Shown here: positions 27,819-32,000 of the stretch, in pieces
How positions within the stretch are numbered: position 1 is the first letter of the stretch
Layout: each line of letters opens with the position of its first letter
From: an uncultured bacterium
GTDB taxonomy: Bacteria > Margulisbacteria > WOR-1 > CAVSGV01
DNA: 32,000 nucleotides
Assembly (NCBI GenBank): GCA_963699255.1
Contig: OY969425.1
Coordinates: 840,001 to 872,000, forward strand
Direction of reading: 5' to 3'
Notes under the pieces: model-generated
Told to the model about the DNA's origin: nothing
Databases searched by the model: none
Seen by the model: only the letters and a program-made list of their open reading frames with translations
Translations under genes and position numbers: made by a program

Positions 27819-28580
27819 TTATTGCGGGTTTGCTTCCTGCGCGGATATCAGCTCTTCGGCGATCTCTTTCATGGATTTTCTGCTGTCCATGCTCTGTTTT
27901 TGCAGCTTCCTGTAAGCCTCTTCCTCAGACAGCCCTTCACTTTTCATGATCATGCCCTTTGCTTTCTCGGTCAGCTTTCTTTCCTCCAGCCTTACGGCGA
28001 GCATTTCCTTCTCTTCTGCAAGCTTCCTGTTCGATATCGCTATCGCCGCCTGATTCGCGACCGCGGAAACAAGCCTGATCTCGCCGGCGGTGAACTTGTG
28101 CGGCCTGGAAGTGTAGCTGTTCAATACCCCAATAGCCTTTCCTTTCACGATGAGAGGGACCGCAAGCATTGAACAGAGTTTTTCTTTTTTTGCTATCTCC
28201 GGGAACATGTAATCCGGTTCCTTTTTTACGTCAAGCACCGTTATCGGCTTTTTTTTGCTGACCGCCTTCCCGCTGATCGACTGGCCGACCTTTACATTCG
28301 GCTTGTCTGTGTAACTATCGCTTAAGCTCTGCGTGGCGGCAAGCCGGAGCTCTTTCTCGTTTTCACTTAGCAACATCAGGGAGCATATCTTGGAGCCCAT
28401 GACCTCAGCCGTCATCGCGACAATTATCTTCAGGATATCATCAAGGTACATGTCCGAAACGATGGCGGTGCTTACCTTGCCAAGAGTTTCAATTTCTTTT
28501 TGGAGCGATCGGGATGATTTTGTCATTGATATATTTCCTAAATTTTCCCTGACGATAGATTGGCTGGGAACTCGAGTCAT
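27819..28580 (-). CDS. GAF-ANTAR transcription antitermination regulator
   Basis: 253 aa. GAF domain, then coiled-coil and ANTAR helices AEEKEMLAVRLEERKLTEKAKGMIMKSEGLSEEEAYRKLQKQSMDSRKSMKEIAEELI. An internal start at MTKSSRS is possible. Confidence 0.88.
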   Translation of the reverse strand: MTRVPSQSIVRENLGNISMTKSSRSLQKEIETLGKVSTAIVSDMYLDDILKIIVAMTAEVMGSKICSLMLLSENEKELRLAATQSLSDSYTDKPNVKVGQSISGKAVSKKKPITVLDVKKEPDYMFPEIAKKEKLCSMLAVPLIVKGKAIGVLNSYTSRPHKFTAGEIRLVSAVANQAAIAISNRKLAEEKEMLAVRLEERKLTEKAKGMIMKSEGLSEEEAYRKLQKQSMDSRKSMKEIAEELISAQEANPQ

Positions 28581-28645
28581 CTTCGAACTTTCTCGATAAT
28601 TCTACCTAATACTATCCACGGGAGCAAGAAGCACTTATGACTACC

Positions 28646-28680
28646 GATACTGTGACTTAGCCGGGGAGTTTCACAGTATC
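28646..28680. repeat. Perfect 10 bp inverted repeat GATACTGTGA-N15-TCACAGTATC
   Basis: Arms at 28646-28655 and 28671-28680. The same motif recurs at 29551-29602. Confidence 0.85.
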
Positions 28681-28682
28681 CC

Positions 28683-28747
28683 TCTATATACGATACGCGT
28701 ACACAGGCACGTACGCACGAGCGCAGGCGCGCGGCCAAGCGCGCACT
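28683..28747. other. Tract of near-alternating purine/pyrimidine sequence, candidate Z-forming DNA
   Basis: TATATACGATACGCGTACACAGGCACGTACGCACGAGCGCAGGCGCGCGG...GCGCGCAC, mostly alternating R-Y, followed by an AT-rich segment. Confidence 0.5.
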
Positions 28748-29324
28748 AGGTATTTATTAATTAATATAATACGTATTCATTTGTACAGTTGATTGATAGC
28801 TGTTGTTCATTAGCATTAGAGAAAGACAAAGGATCAATGACTTTGGATATGAACACGAACAGAAGACAGAAGAACCTGACCCAAAGAGTTGAAGACACGC
28901 TGAGAGCTTGAAGTTATTGCTGTTCACACAGCCAAAGAAGCTTTCGGGATCCTCGAAAAGAAGAAGCTCATTGTCCCGCTACGCTGGACGGGACAAGCTG
29001 TCCGTCACAAAGATTGTTCGACTCGTGGCTCTTGAGGAACGTTCCCTGCCACGATGGGCCCGCCAAAGGCCAAGGCAGGCGAAGCTGGTCTGTCTGCTTA
29101 ATCTGAGCGTTTCCAGAGCGGAATGAAGGCATTCCTTGAGCCTCCTCAAGTGATTGCTCATTGTATTTCTGTGTTGCTTTTTCCATGGTTCCGCCAAAGG
29201 AGAATGACCAACTACCAATGAACAATGCCCCCGCCTTCGCCGAGGCTTCCGCCAGAGGCGGACAAGTCGACAGGCAGGTAATTAAGGTGTGCTACGCACA
29301 TTCAAAGGAGAAAGACCATAACTC

Positions 29325-29452
29325 CTGCTCCGCCTCCGGCGGTATTTGACTTTGTGTCATGCCGCCCGCCAATGCCCGCCAAAGAAAAGAACCAAAGCTA
29401 CTGCTCCGCCTTCGGCGGTATTTGTCTTCGTGTTGTGCCGCGCCGCCCGCCA
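29325..29452. repeat. Two diverged direct copies of a roughly 50 bp GC-rich unit
   Basis: CTGCTCCGCCTCCGGCGGTATTTGACTTTGTGTCATGCCGCCCGCC (from 29325) and CTGCTCCGCCTTCGGCGGTATTTGTCTTCGTGTTGTGCCGCGCCGCCCGCC (from 29401). Confidence 0.8.
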
Positions 29453-29547
29453 AACCACTCCCAAAATGATTGGGGAAAGAATCCGCAAAACCAAGCATGA
29501 AAAATGAGCAAAAACTGATGAAATCCTGAGGCCAAAAACAAGCGGTT

Positions 29548-29603
29548 ACTTCACAGTATCCTACCGGGTATTCCACAGTATCGAGCGGTTAGTTCACAGT
29601 AAG
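29548..29603. repeat. Three tandem CACAGTA-containing repeats at 21-22 bp spacing
   Basis: CACAGTA at 29552, 29574 and 29595 (TTCACAGTATC, TCCACAGTATC, TTCACAGTAAG). Confidence 0.85.
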
Positions 29604-29632
29604 TTGACTTTTTAAGCCCCAAGGGTGATAAT
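29604..29632 (+). promoter_or_regulatory. Sigma70-type promoter directly upstream of the recombinase-like gene
   Basis: TTGACT-N17-GATAAT. The -10 ends 6 nt before the ATG at 29639. Confidence 0.6.
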
Positions 29633-29638
29633 TCCCCC

Positions 29639-31108
29639 ATGATTGAAGAGCTTGAATACTTAACTTTGAATGAAATGAAAGCTTTACTCAATTCCATCGA
29701 CGACACCCGCGACCGGGCAATTATTGCTCTATTTCTTAATACGGGCCTCTTCTTGAACGAGGTAACCTCCCTGAAAGTCGACTCAATCGACTGGAAGAAA
29801 AAGTCACTTTCCGTCCCCGGCAACAGGAAAAGAACTATCCCACTGAATGACCAGGTTTTTGAGGCGCTTGCCAAGTGGTCGAAAGAGCGTCCGTCGGGCA
29901 AGATTCCCGATCTTTTTGTCACCACAAAAGGAGAGCTGAAAGACCTCAGCAGCCGCGGCGTCGATTATCTGATAAGAAAGTACGCTGAACAGGCTGGCAT
30001 AAAGAAACGGGTTAATCCGCAGATACTTCGCAATACATTTGCGGTCCGGTTATTCTCAGAAGAACCCTCCGTGGAAAAAGCTTCTGCCATTCTGGGTATA
30101 TCCGATCCGGAATCGGTAAATCGCTATATACAGGCCTCCAAGCGACCGCCGGCCAAGGTCGAGATAACTGAAAAGCTTGAGCATATCGATACCCGCCATC
30201 CTCTTGTTAAAGCCGTTTCCAAGATGTTCCCTACTAAGCCGAAAATCGTTAAGCCAACGACCGCAATAAAAGGCGCTATTACCCCAAGCCCCGAAGAAGT
30301 GATTTTCGGCAGAGAGAATATAATCAGCGATATAAAAGCTGATATCGGCAAAAGCCAGTCTGTTCTATTGACAGGTCCTTTGGGGATAGGCAAAACACAT
30401 CTATTGAAGCACATGTCCAAAGCGTTGGGGCCTAATACATTATATATCTCTTCTCCCACTCCGCTAAAGATTGTCCTTACGCAAATTCTCAACAAGCTTG
30501 ATCCTGCATGGCAGGAGCAATTAAATACAAGAGCTTCAACGAAAGAGATAGCCGATTACATCGTGAAAATAAAGGGCGCAAAGCCCCCTATCCTGATAAT
30601 CGACAATTTGAACAACATAAAAATATCGGATATCGACCCTATCTTGACCTTACTGGATAACTTCCCCATACTTGCCGCGGCTGACGAGACAAAACCGAAG
30701 CTCAAACAGGTCTGGTGGAAGTTCAAGGAGATCGAGCTTCCGCCGTTAAAAGAGGATTCCTCGAAGGAGCTTATCAAATACCTGACGCAGAACCTAACTA
30801 TCAGCGATTATGAAATGCTTGAAACAAGGATATTGACCCTGTCAAACGGCCTTCCCCTTGCAATCGTTGACATGATCCATCAGATAAGCCATATCCCGAT
30901 GGTTTCAAAAGATGTTATTCGTGATGTTTACCACGAAGCCGGAATACATTATCGCGACTGGACAACCGTTATAATTTTCATTTACTGGATAGCTGTCATT
31001 TTCAGGTTCGTCGCGCTTGGCACAAAAAGTTATGAGGCCTATTTTCTCGCCGGTTTCGGCGTGACTCTTTTGATGATCTTAAGAAATGTTATGTCGATGT
31101 TGAAATAA
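29639..31108 (+). CDS. Fusion of a degenerate tyrosine-recombinase catalytic-like domain, a P-loop ATPase and C-terminal transmembrane segments
   Basis: 489 aa. Recombinase-like YLTLNEMKALLNSI...FLNTGLFLNEVTSLKVDSIDWKKKSLSVPGNRKRTIPLND...NPQILRNTFAVRLF...LGISDPESVNRYIQ. ATPase LLTGPLGIGKTHLLKHM (Walker A) and PPILIIDNL (Walker B). C-terminal IIFIYWIAVIFRFVAL and AYFLAGFGVTLLMIL. Confidence 0.8.
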   Translation: MIEELEYLTLNEMKALLNSIDDTRDRAIIALFLNTGLFLNEVTSLKVDSIDWKKKSLSVPGNRKRTIPLNDQVFEALAKWSKERPSGKIPDLFVTTKGELKDLSSRGVDYLIRKYAEQAGIKKRVNPQILRNTFAVRLFSEEPSVEKASAILGISDPESVNRYIQASKRPPAKVEITEKLEHIDTRHPLVKAVSKMFPTKPKIVKPTTAIKGAITPSPEEVIFGRENIISDIKADIGKSQSVLLTGPLGIGKTHLLKHMSKALGPNTLYISSPTPLKIVLTQILNKLDPAWQEQLNTRASTKEIADYIVKIKGAKPPILIIDNLNNIKISDIDPILTLLDNFPILAAADETKPKLKQVWWKFKEIELPPLKEDSSKELIKYLTQNLTISDYEMLETRILTLSNGLPLAIVDMIHQISHIPMVSKDVIRDVYHEAGIHYRDWTTVIIFIYWIAVIFRFVALGTKSYEAYFLAGFGVTLLMILRNVMSMLK

Positions 31109-31112
31109 GAAT

Positions 31113-31397
31113 ATGCCTATCAGCACAAACCTAAATAAGATTGATAAATATTATAAAACTTGGGCTAAATGCTCTACCGTTCTCTCGGAGCATTGGTGTG
31201 ATGAAAACAGATTTTATGCTTTTATAAAATCAATAATCAGATATACCAGGAGTAAATCAAAATATAGTAGCAATTGGCTTGCTGACAAGCTTAGAAAAGA
31301 CAATTTTAAAGAGGATTTCATCGAAAAACATGTCCGTAAATATGAGGTTATTAGACATTATTTAGATGCTCCTTTTTATCGGGAGGAATACAAATAA
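31113..31397 (+). CDS. Small hypothetical protein
   Basis: 94 aa, 4 bp downstream of the fusion gene and directly abutting the next ORF. Confidence 0.55.
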   Translation: MPISTNLNKIDKYYKTWAKCSTVLSEHWCDENRFYAFIKSIIRYTRSKSKYSSNWLADKLRKDNFKEDFIEKHVRKYEVIRHYLDAPFYREEYK

Positions 31398-32000
31398 ATG
31401 CTCGCCCCAACTCATAGCGTATTTGGTATCTTTTTAACGCTGATATTCCTGGCAGTGTTCGGGATTCAGTGGGGTCTTCATTGGACGATAATTCTTGTCG
31501 CTATTTTTGGCGCGATCGTTCCCGACATCGACCACCCCCGCTCCGTCATAGGAAAGCTATTCCCTTTTATCTCCATTCCCCTTGAGCGCAAATACGGCCA
31601 TCGAACGATAACCCATTCATTCATCGGCTGGGCTATCTTCACCGCCATTTTCGCTTTAATTGTTCTATTTGCAGCTTTGATCTTTGGATTCATTTTTAAG
31701 TTTGATGCTTGGATTTGGGAATTAGCGCCAAGATGGACAGCTGCATTCTCGATCAGCTACATGTCTCATTTAATATTGGATATGTTCAACCGGCGCGGCA
31801 GCCAGATGTTCTGGCCGGACACCAGCAGAGACGTTATCCCGAAAAATCCGAAGTTCAGGCCTGAATCGGGATCAAGCGGTGAATTACTGATCTTCTTTAT
31901 TCTCTTCGTACTGATGCTCTTTGCTTTTCCGATCTCCAAATACGGGATAGCAAGTTCGCTTCGCTGGCTTATGGCTACCCCCGGATCAGCCATCAAGGAG
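31398..32000 (+). CDS. YdjM-like predicted membrane-bound metal-dependent hydrolase, truncated by the window edge
   Basis: Open from ATG 31398 to the window end (201 codons): MLAPTHSVFGIFLTLIFLAVFGIQWG...FGAIVPDIDHPRSVIGKLF...GHRTITHSFIGW...SYMSHLILDMFNRRGSQMFWP. PDIDHP and HRTxTHS are family-like motifs. The ORF track misses it because it has no stop in the window. Confidence 0.8.
   Translation, partial: MLAPTHSVFGIFLTLIFLAVFGIQWGLHWTIILVAIFGAIVPDIDHPRSVIGKLFPFISIPLERKYGHRTITHSFIGWAIFTAIFALIVLFAALIFGFIFKFDAWIWELAPRWTAAFSISYMSHLILDMFNRRGSQMFWPDTSRDVIPKNPKFRPESGSSGELLIFFILFVLMLFAFPISKYGIASSLRWLMATPGSAIKE

Noticed and set aside
13112-28580. Calling the island a nitrogen fixation locus because of the NifA-like protein
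   Set aside because: No nifHDK or cofactor genes are present. The activator more plausibly controls ammonium transport here.
28908-29349. Short ORFs in the repeat-rich interval (72, 85, 79 and 62 aa)
   Set aside because: They overlap each other on different frames, run through palindromic repeats and have no coherent domain. Treated as non-coding.
29325-29452. Possible CRISPR array from repeated GC-rich units
   Set aside because: Only two imperfect copies, no regular spacers and no cas genes.
1-32000. tRNA or rRNA genes
   Set aside because: No cloverleaf-like or rRNA-like sequence was recognised on either strand by eye. A tRNAscan run would be needed to be certain.

Overview
The window falls into four parts. 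(1) 1-6.9 kb, + strand: the end of a sugar ABC permease, a secreted GH26-like glycosidase, a secreted carbohydrate-binding protein, and a locus of two related secreted beta-domain proteins, a periplasmic-chaperone-like protein and an outer-membrane-barrel-like protein. (2) 6.9-13 kb: housekeeping genes (pth, mfd, a SurA/parvulin-like foldase) and two unassigned genes. (3) 13.1-28.6 kb, all - strand: a dense nitrogen assimilation island (gltD, gltB, Fis-like protein, glnA, glnB, amtB, an outer membrane protein, a NifA-like sigma54 activator, a second glnA, gdhA, and a GAF-ANTAR antiterminator). (4) 28.6-32 kb: a repeat-rich non-coding kilobase followed by a compact operon that starts with a degenerate tyrosine-recombinase/ATPase/transmembrane fusion. 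The strongest observations are: a promoter / alternative-hairpin / terminator arrangement in the gdhA leader, with hexaloops matching the ANTAR A1-G4 signature next to an ANTAR gene; the degenerate recombinase-ATPase-TM operon; a consensus sigma54 promoter for the OMP-amtB-glnB operon; in-frame GC-rich palindromic insertions in mfd and gltB; and the non-canonical chaperone/beta-domain/barrel locus. All calls come from reading the sequence. No database search or folding software was run.
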